Assembly (NCBI GenBank): GCA_052426225.1
Contig: JBNJNM010000022.1
Span: 186,001-250,000, forward strand
Direction: 5' to 3'
Source: Zancudomyces culisetae HAW-14-8
Lineage: Eukaryota; Fungi; Kickxellomycota
Length of the DNA: 64,000 bases
Positions 1 to 13,597 of the stretch are shown piece after piece; positions within the stretch are counted from its first letter, which is position 1; each line of letters opens with the position of its first letter. Both the position numbers and the translations under genes were made by a program. The notes under the pieces were generated by a model. That model worked only from the letters and a program-made list of their open reading frames with translations, made no database searches and was not told the origin of the DNA.

Positions 1-1778
<1,778 letters not shown>

Positions 1779-2233
1779 TTTCCTCCAAATATTGCAAATT
1801 CCCAAATCTAAAATCTATATACAATATTTTCTTTTTTTTATCGATTTGTGTGTCTTTTGGCAGACCTCCCTAGTTCCAAGTATATGTAGTATGGCCCTAT
1901 TGATGTTGAAGTTCTGTAGTTGTATTCGTTTTGTCTGATCGTATTTATTTCTTCGTTTGTGTCTTATAGTGGTTATTACATTTATTTTTGGTCGATTTTT
2001 CCACTAAAAGAGGTTTAGTTAAAAAAAAAGCCTTGTGTAGATATTTATTCGTCAAAAAGCCATCCAATAATATGTATATATCCGATCGCAAATTGACGCG
2101 ACAATTGGATATTTCTAAAGTGATATTACACTCATAACTTGTGAAGATTTGTGAAGAGTTACGAGTTTAGGCCAGTGACCAATTATGATTTTTTTACGCT
2201 CACTTTAATATAATTTGTATCTTGAAACTTTGT

Positions 2234-2465
2234 TATTCTTGGAAATTTCCTATTTTGGTTTTCCTAAAAAAATAACATTTAGCTTGTTATATGTTGTAGT
2301 GAAAAGCATGAAGGATCAATTTTTGGAAAAAACGATTTTAATTGGTATTTTAACTTTACAATTCAAAGCACACAAAGGATAAACCATAATCAACATCAAA
2401 AGGTATAATAAACTATGAGAGCATTAGTATAGGACAATTATGTACACATTTACCAACTAGGTATA
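2234..2465 (+). repeat. ~230-bp dispersed direct repeat, copy 1
   Basis: Matches 12994-13226 by eye, including identical blocks TGTAGTGAAAAGCATGAAGGATCAATTTTTGGAAAAAACGATTTT and TACAATTCAAAGCACACAAAGGATAAACCATAATCAACATCAAAA. Confidence 0.92.
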
Positions 2466-3164
2466 GATGTCAGGAATGGTAAAATGGTACAAGAAAAATA
2501 GAAGAATTATAAATATTCAAGTGGAAAACACGCCCTTAAAATGCCCAGCTTGGTTAACTTTTAATTCTCTATTTAGTACAAACCTGATTATCGCTTAAAT
2601 GGCAACCGAATGAAGTGTGGTTATTTTATTTTACTCTACAACCTAAACTCCTCCAAAAAGTAAAACCACATATAGTTTTAAACGCAACTGCTTGCAAAAA
2701 ACCAATTCAAAATCAGCCTACCTCCGCACATGTACAAGCTTGGGGTTTTGTTATTAAATATGTAAAGAATATCTGCAAGAATCCGTAATACTCTGCAGCT
2801 AGCTTAAAAAAAAATATTGAGAATATTACCTCTGTACTAGCTTCCACTAGACTGTTCTTAATGGAAAAAGAACAAGTGTTACATACAAATTACATGGGTG
2901 TTAGTTTAGGAGCCAGTGCACTTTTTTTTAGAACGGAGTGCTGTTCAATTTTTTTATAAACTGTTATATCGATTAAATATAAATAGGCTTCAGAACCCAC
3001 GAGATCGTATTTTTACTTATAAGACTGCTTTAAGTATAAATATTATGATCAAGAACCATTAGGCTAAACAAAAATAACTTAAGAATTACCTATTTGGATT
3101 TAAGGAAACAAGCAAACTTGAGCACAAAATTTTGAATATCTGATGCAAGCCTTTTCTTAACAAT

Positions 3165-3686
3165 ATGCCAAAACGTGATGATAATTTTGACGCTTCTCAC
3201 CGGACTGGAATAGAACTAAATATTGAAGTGGGGGCTAATGGCAGTGAGCGTCAAATCCGTGGTAATTCACAAAATGATATTTACAATTTAGAACGCACTA
3301 ACTTTGAGGCTGACATAGGTTGTGTCGGAAATTCAATACAAAGTAGAGGAGATTTTCAAGATTATCAAAACAAATCTAACATGACCCAGCCATGCTGTAA
3401 TAGGAATGCTACAATACATCCCGTAATAGTGTGTCCTAGAAATACGATACAAGTGGATAATGATAGTTCATCTACTCTTCCAGCATACGATCATATTTAC
3501 CATATAATCAATATTAATGATGATGATAGTTCTACCATAGGCAGCGATGGCGATGAAGTAACTAGTATACCCACAGTAGGGCACCAACTTGGTTTTCCTG
3601 CATTTATGTTTTTAATCTCACTTGTCATATTTACCTTTTCGGTTGGTGTACTTTGTTATTATATAATTGTTCTTACTAAGGGGTGA
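3165..3686 (+). CDS. Hypothetical protein, 173 aa, C-terminal transmembrane helix
   Basis: ATG-initiated ORF in AT-rich context, TATA-like element near 2977; D/N/S-rich body, LPAY motif, hydrophobic tail FPAFMFLISLVIFTFSVGVLCYYIIVL. Confidence 0.6.
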   Translation: MPKRDDNFDASHRTGIELNIEVGANGSERQIRGNSQNDIYNLERTNFEADIGCVGNSIQSRGDFQDYQNKSNMTQPCCNRNATIHPVIVCPRNTIQVDNDSSSTLPAYDHIYHIININDDDSSTIGSDGDEVTSIPTVGHQLGFPAFMFLISLVIFTFSVGVLCYYIIVLTKG

Positions 3687-6600
3687 CGTTAAATTTTTTT
3701 TATGATATTTTCAGCCGTATTTGGAATTATTTTATGTACTACTTATTACCTATTTTAATCGCAACTTTTAATAAATATATATTGTTTACAATAGGAAAGA
3801 AATATTATGGTAAACTGTACTGATAGAAAAAAAATAAGTTGTGTTTGATCAACAGTGCTATTTCTAGCACGCTCGTCTCAATCCTATGATAGTATTTAGA
3901 CTTTTTAAATATTTATTTGAAAAGTTATTTTAAAGTTATTTATTCACTGAATGCTCTAAATAACTGTATAACCAAAAAAAACATCTAAATTAGTTGGGCA
4001 GTTCTTGGTGCTATATAGGAATTTAGGCTTAGCATCCTTTGTACCTCATTTCAGCTAAATAAATCTATATATTTTATGTAAAATTTTCAAATAGTTTTAA
4101 AGTCGAGATAAAACCCACCAAGTCTCCTTTTCAAAAAAATTTTAGTCGTTATTATAGATTTAAATTTTAATACTAATTTCGGTAATATGATGAATAAACC
4201 TGGTGTCAACTCTTGAAAGTGAGAACATTTCCGCAAGTGGCTATGACTAAACCATTTAAAAGTGCGAATTAATCCAGAATACAGAAAATGCAGGGCAATT
4301 ACTCATTAAAGGATCAACATGAACAACCTCGGTCACACTGAATCTACGCATGACAGTTAATATACCTGTACAATCAACTCTATTGTAGAATATGTTGCCG
4401 CATTTATTCCACGCAAATCACCCATTATTACAAATAAAATGTTATTTATAGTAGAACTTTTTTGATTTGGCGTATATGGTAGCCAAGGATCGCCATAGCT
4501 TCTGGTATAATATAAGTCAAGCCTCGTTTTTTTTCACTTATGGATTTAACCTCGTTAAAGCTGGATCTAAACATTTTTTCCGCCTGGTGTTTGCAAACTT
4601 CGACTATTTATATTGCGTGAATCAAAAGCAAAGGTTGAGCTAACTATCAGAGTGCTGAGAATTACTGACCTTATCATTTTTAGTATCTGATTTTTTATTT
4701 TAATTATAGTTAAGGCTGTTGATTTTTAAAGGAAGTCTGATATAGGCTACTTTCAATCTCGAAAAAAGCTGCTTCTTTTATACCTTTCACTTACAAAGAG
4801 ATATATTCCTAACCATGTTCATACAAAATATGCTTGAACAATGTTTGGAAGTATTAAGATGGCATTATAATTGTTGTATGTCACTTATCCTGTTACTATT
4901 ATAAGCGTATACTATTCCATATTTTTAAGCTTATGTAGTTTTTAGATACTTACTATTGTTGATTTGCCCAATATCATGAAATTAGGTAGAGCTCATATCA
5001 ATATAGATGTATTTATATCTAATAACTATGCGTAAATGAATGCATAGAGACCGATAGTTATTTATAGATTTTTAAAGAAATAAAACAAGGTAGATAAAGT
5101 GAATTAAAAAACAAGATTAAAGTAATGTTTGCTGATTCCTGAGAGATTACCAATTTCTTGAGCTAAAAATGTACGAGAGTTTGATGTGACATAATTGAAT
5201 CTTGATATTTGCATGGTGATAATACTAGGTTTTCATTTCACTCAACTAGTTGAATTATTGAGGCAGATAATGTTAATAGTAAGAAATACGTATGATATTT
5301 GGCCCTAAAATCATTACTAAAGACATTCTTGACAATCTAATTTCATCCTGTCTCTATCTATAATTGTATGTTTTGCACACTTATCTAGGTATACAATAGA
5401 GTGGCATCAAACTGAAGTAAAATACTTATTATTAAGTAAGCTGAGAGTACCACCAACGTAGAGATATTTTGACAGTGTGATAACCATTATAATCTGATTT
5501 AGTATATCTGTCTATTATTACAGAAGCTTTTTATGACAAGATGATTGGTCTAATCTAAATAGCGAAAGGTTTACCTTCCTAAAGGTTTGCAATCTGAATT
5601 TGCTACTCGTCTTTTACCTTATCCCCTTGTTTTGTTAAATGTCTAATAGTTCTTAGGGGAGGATCTAAAGGCGCCCAGTCGAGATAATAACAGTGTTGTG
5701 ACTATTTAGCAATCTGAAAAATAATTAATGACTACCCCTTGTCGATAAAAGTGAAAATAATGGGTAATGGGTTCTGAATATTTGCATAACTGGGCCCTTT
5801 TGTCGGATTTATACCTTTTTTGGTGCACATGATGGAGGTATGCCTTTTTCTAATATTAATGGGGATTCTAATAGCAGTAATTTTATTTTTAGAAGTGATT
5901 TAACATAAATGCCAATCTGCTTTATCTTGTACAAACCGTCTACATAAATGCACGCATTCTAGCAGTACCACTACATTTTATTGTGTTTGAAAATGCTAAA
6001 ATATCGTCGAGATTAAAAATAGAAACAGTGTATTACATAGCTTACCAGAATATATCACATCCTAGTGCATCTATATTCAACTTGGTATTTTTAAGAGTTG
6101 AGCTATTTTAGATGTTTCTAAAGTTATAGCACTACAAGACTTTATTTCAAATACCAGTAGGTCGTCTTTTTAATCCTTTTCATAAATATTATAGGAGAGA
6201 AAGTAGAGTTGGAGAAAAGGCGTGCAAGTAGGTGGCTCACAATATCTAACATTTAAAGAAAACATCAGCTATTGAATCACTTTAAGCAACATCGAATTAT
6301 GTTCATAGTTATTCGTATACACCATTATTGTATTAGCTACGCAAAACTCACATTTGTATCAGGTATTAAAAATGGTAAAGTAAAAATTAGCCCCTCTCAC
6401 AAATTCAATTGCTAAGAAATCAGCTAAGCTGAACTCTAAGCTCTGCGCGCCAGAATATTTTTAGGATATGATTTTTCAGGTGTTGCAGTAGATGAATTCC
6501 ATATAGTAAAACATAAATGTTATAGCATTAAACAGAGCAGATCAGAATAATGTCTTAGTCCCACAGATAGGTCCGGAGCAGTGGTGATGTGCAGCGAGAG

Positions 6601-7372
6601 GGATTGTATGGGTGTATGCATGGTAAACGCTAGATTTTTAGATATAGGTATGTTGAACGTCCCAGAAGATCTTAAATCTGTCCGCTTTCAATGAAGTAGG
6701 TATCATTTGGTCAAATCCCCAGTGTGTAAACGTTCTAGTACTCATTTATACTTTGAATAAATCATTATTTTGGAACCAAGTTTAGTGAATAAATAATATT
6801 TTTTTAAAATTTTTATAGCTTGTGCTTGAATAAAGCACCAAGCGGTTTATCTAAAATAAAAGATAGTATTTTGGTTTAAAATAAATATCAAAAGTGGTTC
6901 ATGACATTTTAACTGATAATCGTTAATTTGAATAAAACCGTTGATTTGTTCATGAAATGTCTACTAAATATTAAAAAGACTGGTTGATATAAAGTTTTAA
7001 TAATATAAAACTAACTGTGGTATCTCAGTCTTTCTGAGAACCTCATACCCACCGAGTGTTGGGCTAAGGGTAGTATTTCCGCTGAAAATCAATCTAAAGT
7101 AGATACTATATCTCAACACAGTATCATTGGTTTCTCTTTGACGATAAACTGATTTTAGAAATCTAGAATGCTACATAGAAACAAGGTTAGCTTGTACATG
7201 CTACTTTAGTTGTAAAAAATATATTATTGTAGAGTTGATAATTGGTTAATCTCGAAAACCTCGAACGTTATGAATAATTTCTAAACATTTTTATTTAGTA
7301 GTGTTAATTTTCTACATAACATGGTAAGGTAGATGGATAAAATATAAATCGAGATTCCCCAGGTATCTAAAA

Positions 7373-7768
7373 CTAGTAGTAGTATCCGTAGTATCCACCG
7401 TAGTATGGGTAACGATATCCATAGTATCCACCGTAATATGGGTAGCCGTAGCGTCCGTACCACCAACGGTCGTCAGTTTCATCTACTGCTTCGCTACCAT
7501 CTGCTGGAGCATCAGCAGGCTGGGCTGGAGCAGCATCGTCAACCGGTGCAACTTCCTCCTCCTCGTCAGCACGCTTGCGGTAGGCTGGAGCGGCAAAGCG
7601 GTTGTTAAAGGCAGGGCGAGATGGTGGAGCATATCTTCCAAAGTCCTGGACCTGTTCCATTGGTGGTTGCATAGGTCCGACATTTGCTCTTGGTCTTGGG
7701 GCGAATGCAGCATTTACTGAAACTGTGGCAACTGCGGCAGTGAAGAGTGCGAGTGTTGACTTTACCAT
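7373..7768 (-). CDS. Small secreted protein/peptide precursor with Tyr/Gly-rich C-terminal repeats
   Basis: Signal peptide MVKSTLALFTAAVATVSVNA, dibasic RKR site, acidic spacer, then RWWYGRYGYPYYGGYYGYRYPYYGGYYGYYY; GC-richer than flanks; TATAAAAA upstream (~7919-7924, minus strand). Confidence 0.85.
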   Translation of the reverse strand: MVKSTLALFTAAVATVSVNAAFAPRPRANVGPMQPPMEQVQDFGRYAPPSRPAFNNRFAAPAYRKRADEEEEVAPVDDAAPAQPADAPADGSEAVDETDDRWWYGRYGYPYYGGYYGYRYPYYGGYYGYYY

Positions 7769-9442
7769 TTTTGATATTTAGTTTAAAATGAGCGTTGTGT
7801 GTAGCTGATGCGCTAATGCGGTATTTTAATACAAATGATTGTGATTATGCTTAAAATTGATACTTGAAGAATCTTCAACTGTTGATGATTTTTTATTTTG
7901 ACTGATATTTTGACCCCTTTTATACTTTTTTATCTCTTTCCCTTTCTTTATAGCACCATTAATACACCATTAAAGCGGTGGCGTTATAGCATTTTTAGTT
8001 GAGATTTGCAAAAGTATTCTAATTTTAGAAAAATTATAAACAACCATCTTAAAATAGTATGAAAATGAACCTAGAAATAATAGCATGGATATATTTAATC
8101 AAGTTATGTAACATATCTTGGCTATCTTTAGCTTTTTTTCATATTTTACTTTTTATGAGCGCGTTCTATGTGATGATTCCTTTAGAAAAAATACTAGTAA
8201 CTTGTGTATTGTTATTATGTATATTTTATTTTTTGGTTGAGTTCAGCTTACAATGATTAATTGAAATAATTTTGTAATTAATATCCAATACAAAATAAAC
8301 ACTATATTTTATTTCTTCCTTTCAGTTTCTGAGTGATGGCATTTTAATAATATCAAGTTTAATTTAGTAATAGCATTTATGGCATCTAAATTTAAAAAAA
8401 CATAATTTATTAGCAAAGGTGATTTATTACAGGATTTAAAAGATCCGAAGTGATGGAAAATATTTCTAAAAATAGAGTATTATTTTTAGAATCGCAATTA
8501 GAAAAAAAACTTGCACCGTTAACTGTTACACTATGGAAATAAAGGGAAACCAACAAAGACCTGGTTCTACAAAATCAATAATTCTAATACCTCTTTAGAT
8601 CCATCCTTCTTTATGTGAGTTAAGCATTGATTTTTTTAGAGAGAAAAGTAGTTACAATTCTAGAACCTATATTGGTTTTCATGGATTCTCTTGCAAGAAA
8701 TCATCAGATTTTCTAAAAATAACCAGCGGATGTGATAAAAGACAAGCAGCCAATCCAAGCTACCAATCCTTGGGAAGCAAATCCTGTGCTATATGGATTT
8801 ATAAAATCATTTTCAATAAATATGTCGTGCTATGATTATTTATAGGAAAACAAGACTTTGATAGCTGTCATACAGCAAGATACATTTGTAAGAACATTGT
8901 GCTCAGCTTACCCAGTAAAACTTTTCATTTCTGGTCGGTTATACTAATTATTCTAGGACCCACAAAAAAATTAAAAAAATCACCAAAAGATTCTAGCAAA
9001 AATGGTAATCAAACTCACACAGATACTTAAAATAGTACTTTTGACAGCTCATGCACTCTTATTTCTGCCAAAAACTAGCGAATCTTGTATTGGTACATGA
9101 ACGCAAACTACAAATGTCCAGAAATATCATTATCTATGTGGCTATTGTTAAAAAGTGAATAGCTACTGAAAATAAAGATTTGGATCACTCGATTGGGTAT
9201 TTCGGGATAACTGTTTTTCTCTTCTCTACTCTTTGCCTTTCCCATCATAAATATTTCTGGGATTTGTTGCTCCGGATACTTTATTTGATCTGCGATTTAT
9301 CGTTTGTTGTTGAAAAAAACATATTCAGCTGTGTTTGTACTCTTGAAACAGCTAGTCACTAGTCAATTAAAAGGCGAAAATTCATTGTTTTGTTTACACA
9401 GCCATTTATTAACCAAGTCTTTTAATAGTAATATCAAACGTA

Positions 9443-12400
9443 CTAGATTAAAAAATTATTAAACCGTCTTTTAACCATCATATCTTTATATTGACGAAAT
9501 TCAACCAAATCACAATCATTGGTTTCACTCGCAATTTTTGTGATAGATCCGATATAATAATCCGCATTGGTTCTATGTTTCATCAACAACTTGACCATAT
9601 CTATATTTCTGCAGCGACATGTCTCCCAAATTCCAAAATTTCTATTTGGTACCAGGTTAGAATCTTTTTCAAATAGTAGTTTTAACATTTCAATATTTTC
9701 GTTTTTAAATGGAATTTTAAGCAGGTAGGGGTTATCTCTAACGCTAGGGTAACAATCCAACAATAATGAGAGAGTCTCAATGTTGTCTAGCTTGGAATAA
9801 TTTAATCAGTCTGAAATTTTGTGCATTTTTGTACTATATATAATCAGTAGTCTGATAGTCCCATCGTTTTTAGACACCAGTGTTATGTTTAGAATACCAG
9901 CGTTTTATTTAATCTCTATTCCATTTTCCAAAACCACCTTCACTACTCCAGTGCTTTCCAATTAGACCGAAAGACTTGGTATTTTGAAATTATAATAGGT
10001 ATTTATTGTGTAGGGTAGAATTAGTTTGAGAAGTTCAACACTGGTAACTACAATTGTTGCCTTTATTACATTCAATAAATCGCTATTTTGGATAGGTTCA
10101 TCATTTTCAACTAAGACTTTAGTAATGCTACAATAACCAAAACGGTTAGGGTCTTCATGATTCGAAAGAGTGCAATCTGTTAATTCTTTTTCTTTTTTTA
10201 CATTTGTATCGTTCTTTGTTTCCAATACTCACAAACCACTTTAATATTCAAAAATACACTTTACCAACTCAGTATCCTTAACTACACATTCATATTATAA
10301 TTGATGATGATAAACACAATTTATCAGTGCATCATTATTCAAGAGATATTTTAGGACGCCTTTAAGTCCCAATATACACACAAACCTGACTCCATCATGT
10401 TCTAGGTCACCCAAACCTTCTCCATCATCTTCAAAGATTTAACCATATTAAAATTGCTCAATAACATCTCATGTTAATAAATTCATCCCCAGGATATTTG
10501 GGTGTTACACTATCATACCCTACTCAATGCTTCAACAATTTAATTATATCTGATTTGTATGCCTTATCAAATTCACCTGATCCTCGCTTTAACTTTGAAT
10601 CATTACTGATAAATTAATCAACCTAGTATAGCTTACCCGATTTACATACTGTTCTCAAAATAAGACTTTCAGTTAAATTGATATCTAATCTATATTCTAT
10701 TATAAGCTTCAGAATTTTAAAGATTTGGTTCATCAACTTCGATTTTACCAGCTCGTAGTATTTATCCTTCAAGATCTCGATATGTTTTTTGTATCTGAAT
10801 ACACAGACCTGGTTGTATTCGATATCTTTTAATGTATTTTGTAGATTATTTTCAAAAATATAGTCAACAATTTATATTAATATTTCATAACAAGTATTGA
10901 ATATCATTTGTGCAGCTATAAGAACTAAACTCCTCGCAATATGAACAGGCGTAGCTGGGGATTTTGTACGCTTTGAATTGATAGTTACCCCTACATCTAT
11001 CTATAAATCCACATATTGTATAAATTTGTTAAATTCAGAATCACTATTAGTATAAACTTAGCTAAAATTCTTGCGGATACGAATAAGAAATAGAATTACC
11101 CTATTGGGTTTTAGCCTCGTTCCGACCGTGACCGCGCTTCCCAAGACTTTGAAATTAGCCTTATTTAAACTGGAGAGCTTTAATAGATGTCATTGAGTCA
11201 GCGTCCGATGTGCATAATAGCTTCTAGAGTGACAGAGAGGACTTGGTTAGATAGATGATGGATAGAATTTTTTTGTAGTTAGATGTGGTATTTATTCAAT
11301 GAATTCAGCTAACAAAAAAAAGATTTAGAATTACTACTTTTATAAACCAATTTTGTTACTTTTTCAATATTTTCAGAGCCTACGTCCGCTTTGAAAAGTT
11401 TTTCTTTCACAAAAAACTCCTTACCATAGTATATTACTATACCAGATATGAGCCACTATTCATGATTAGGGCGTCTACTCTCTAGGTATTATAGTATTTC
11501 TTTTCTGTTAAAATAAGTTGGGTATACTGAACACACACCATGAATAAGTATACTCATATTATTTCTGAATGAGTACTACAAAACAATTTTAATAAATCCC
11601 GCAAATGTATCATAGTCAATATTAGCATTTTGAATTTCTTCATCATTAGTATTAATAAATATTTTGATTTTCATATGCAAAATTCTTTGTAGTAGTTAAA
11701 GGCTAAAAATTGGTATACCCCAAAAAAAGCACCCAGGTAGACGAAAAACTACACCTTTACTATCGATATATCTAAATTCACCCTGAACATTCTCAGATAA
11801 TTCTTGAGGAAACTTGATATTGCTAGAGCAGAGATCTATCAACGCTGCGACATGCTCCCTCACAAGACCTATATACATTTGATTTAATAATCCTTCTGGA
11901 ATTAAATCTGTAGCTACTAGTGGCCTGATATAAAGACGCTTTGATATCATAATGTCTATTATTTCTCTTTGTGATTCATTCTCTTCCGAGAACACGTTGC
12001 TGATGTCAATGTCTAAGTATTCATCTTTGTTCATAAATACAGTACCCTTATATATAACAGTTGATTTATTTATGTCAATCACTACATACATCTTAAACAG
12101 TAGTTTTAGTATCTCCCCCATCTAAAAGCTACTGCAAGATCTAAAGCGCATTTGTAGGGCAGATTCTTGATTTTTTCCCAAAACCAGCCTTCCGATGGCT
12201 TCACTTGTATTTATTTTTGTGTATTTCTTAAAGATGTTTATCAATCTCCAACTGGTGATATCTTTTGTGTATGATAAAGAATATTGGAGGATGTACTTGC
12301 TAATAGTGTTCAGCTGCTGCGTAGCATGGTACATATTTCTGTTCAAAAGCGACACACAGGGATTTTCAGCATATACAAAGATTTCTGACATGATGCTTGT

Positions 12401-12445
12401 TATAAGTTTGTTGAAAATACTGCTGCTATTATTATTGCCATCCAT
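9443..12445 (-). pseudogene. Degraded ankyrin-repeat-like gene(s) with F-box-like N-terminus
   Basis: Collinear minus-strand fragments 12122-12445, 11696-12121 (same frame, one TAG between), 9962-10225, 9443-9763. Ankyrin-like phrases (NENIEMLKLLFEK, RNIDMVKLLMKH, SVELLKLIL); N-terminus IFNKLITSIMSEIFVYAENP is F-box-like; many stops/frameshifts between fragments. Confidence 0.65.
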
Positions 12446-12993
12446 TGTGTAGTGATCTGAATATCTTTTTATTTTCCCTTGAAGTTTACCTTGTTTGTGA
12501 TGGTATTAATAATACGATAAGATTGAAAAGCCACAGGGTAATGCAATCGTGTTGGTTTTATGATCTTTTCCTGTTTTTATATCGATTTATTGAATTATTA
12601 AACCTGTATGAAGGTTTTGTAAAAAGTTTTGAGTTTAAAGCTAGTAATTAATTATGTATATCTTCGGTATGTACTTTTTAATGTAGTTTGTATTTTTTAA
12701 CTTTCTTATTCACTAAACTAAATGTTTATATGTAAATTATCCTAGAGAAAAACCTACTTCAAAAGATTTTAAAATTTTGGTTTTTTCCGTTCGTTTCCTT
12801 TACTGACAATTATACAGCCCTAGTACTACATAATAAAACTTCATAGTAAGTACATCAGTTCCACAGTAAAACAAGTTTTCAGTGAGTATAGGGTGTATAT
12901 TCTAATTTGGGCTATAGCTTGTTTTGATGTACATTTCATCGGCATTATTAGTAATATTTTCTATAGGGGTTTATTAGCTTTTGATATTTTTGA

Positions 12994-13226
12994 TATTCTT
13001 GGAAATTTCCTATTTTGGTTTTTCTAAAGAAATAATATCGAGTTTTTTATATACTGTAGTGAAAAGCATGAAGGATCAATTTTTGGAAAAAACGATTTTG
13101 ATTGGTATTTTAACTGTACAATTCAAAGCACACAAAGGATAAACCATAATCAACATCAAAACGTATATATAAATAATGGGAACACAAGTATAGGACAATT
13201 ATGTACACATTTACTAAATAGGTATA
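12994..13226 (+). repeat. ~230-bp dispersed direct repeat, copy 2
   Basis: Same orientation and high similarity to 2234-2465. Confidence 0.92.
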
Positions 13227-13597
13227 AAACAATATATAAAGTAAATAAAATAACTCCAAAGCAAGAGTCTCCAACGTAAAAAAAACCTGCTGTTTCATAA
13301 CTAAAATAGGTAAATTAAACAATCAGTTTTCACAAAGACACTAGATTTTTTAGAAATTTTGAAAACCCCCCACCACTACTACAGCAATTTACCAGTAAAA
13401 ATAGGAGTAAAATGACATACGTTCCAGGCTGTAAAATAGAAAACATATTTATGTGAGCAATACTGTTATCATTGGTATCACATTAAACAAGATCATTACA
13501 ACAATAGGAAAGGGGAGAAGGTGAAAAATCGATTATTTACGATTAAAAATTAAAGATTAAAAAAAAAGTGATTGTCATACTTCTATAAATACTAACA

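Noticed and set aside
6560-6740. Possible non-LTR retrotransposon remnant (minus strand LKADRFKIFWDVQHTY)
   Set aside because: Too short and interrupted; cannot be supported without a search.
11060-11320. GC-richer segment inside the ankyrin-like pseudogene, possible insertion
   Set aside because: No terminal repeats, target-site duplication or coding motif identified.
12122-12124. Stop-codon readthrough or alternative genetic code joining two ORFs
   Set aside because: TAG ends bona fide genes here (FRS2, KRR1, COG2) and downstream fragments carry many other lesions; pseudogenisation is simpler.
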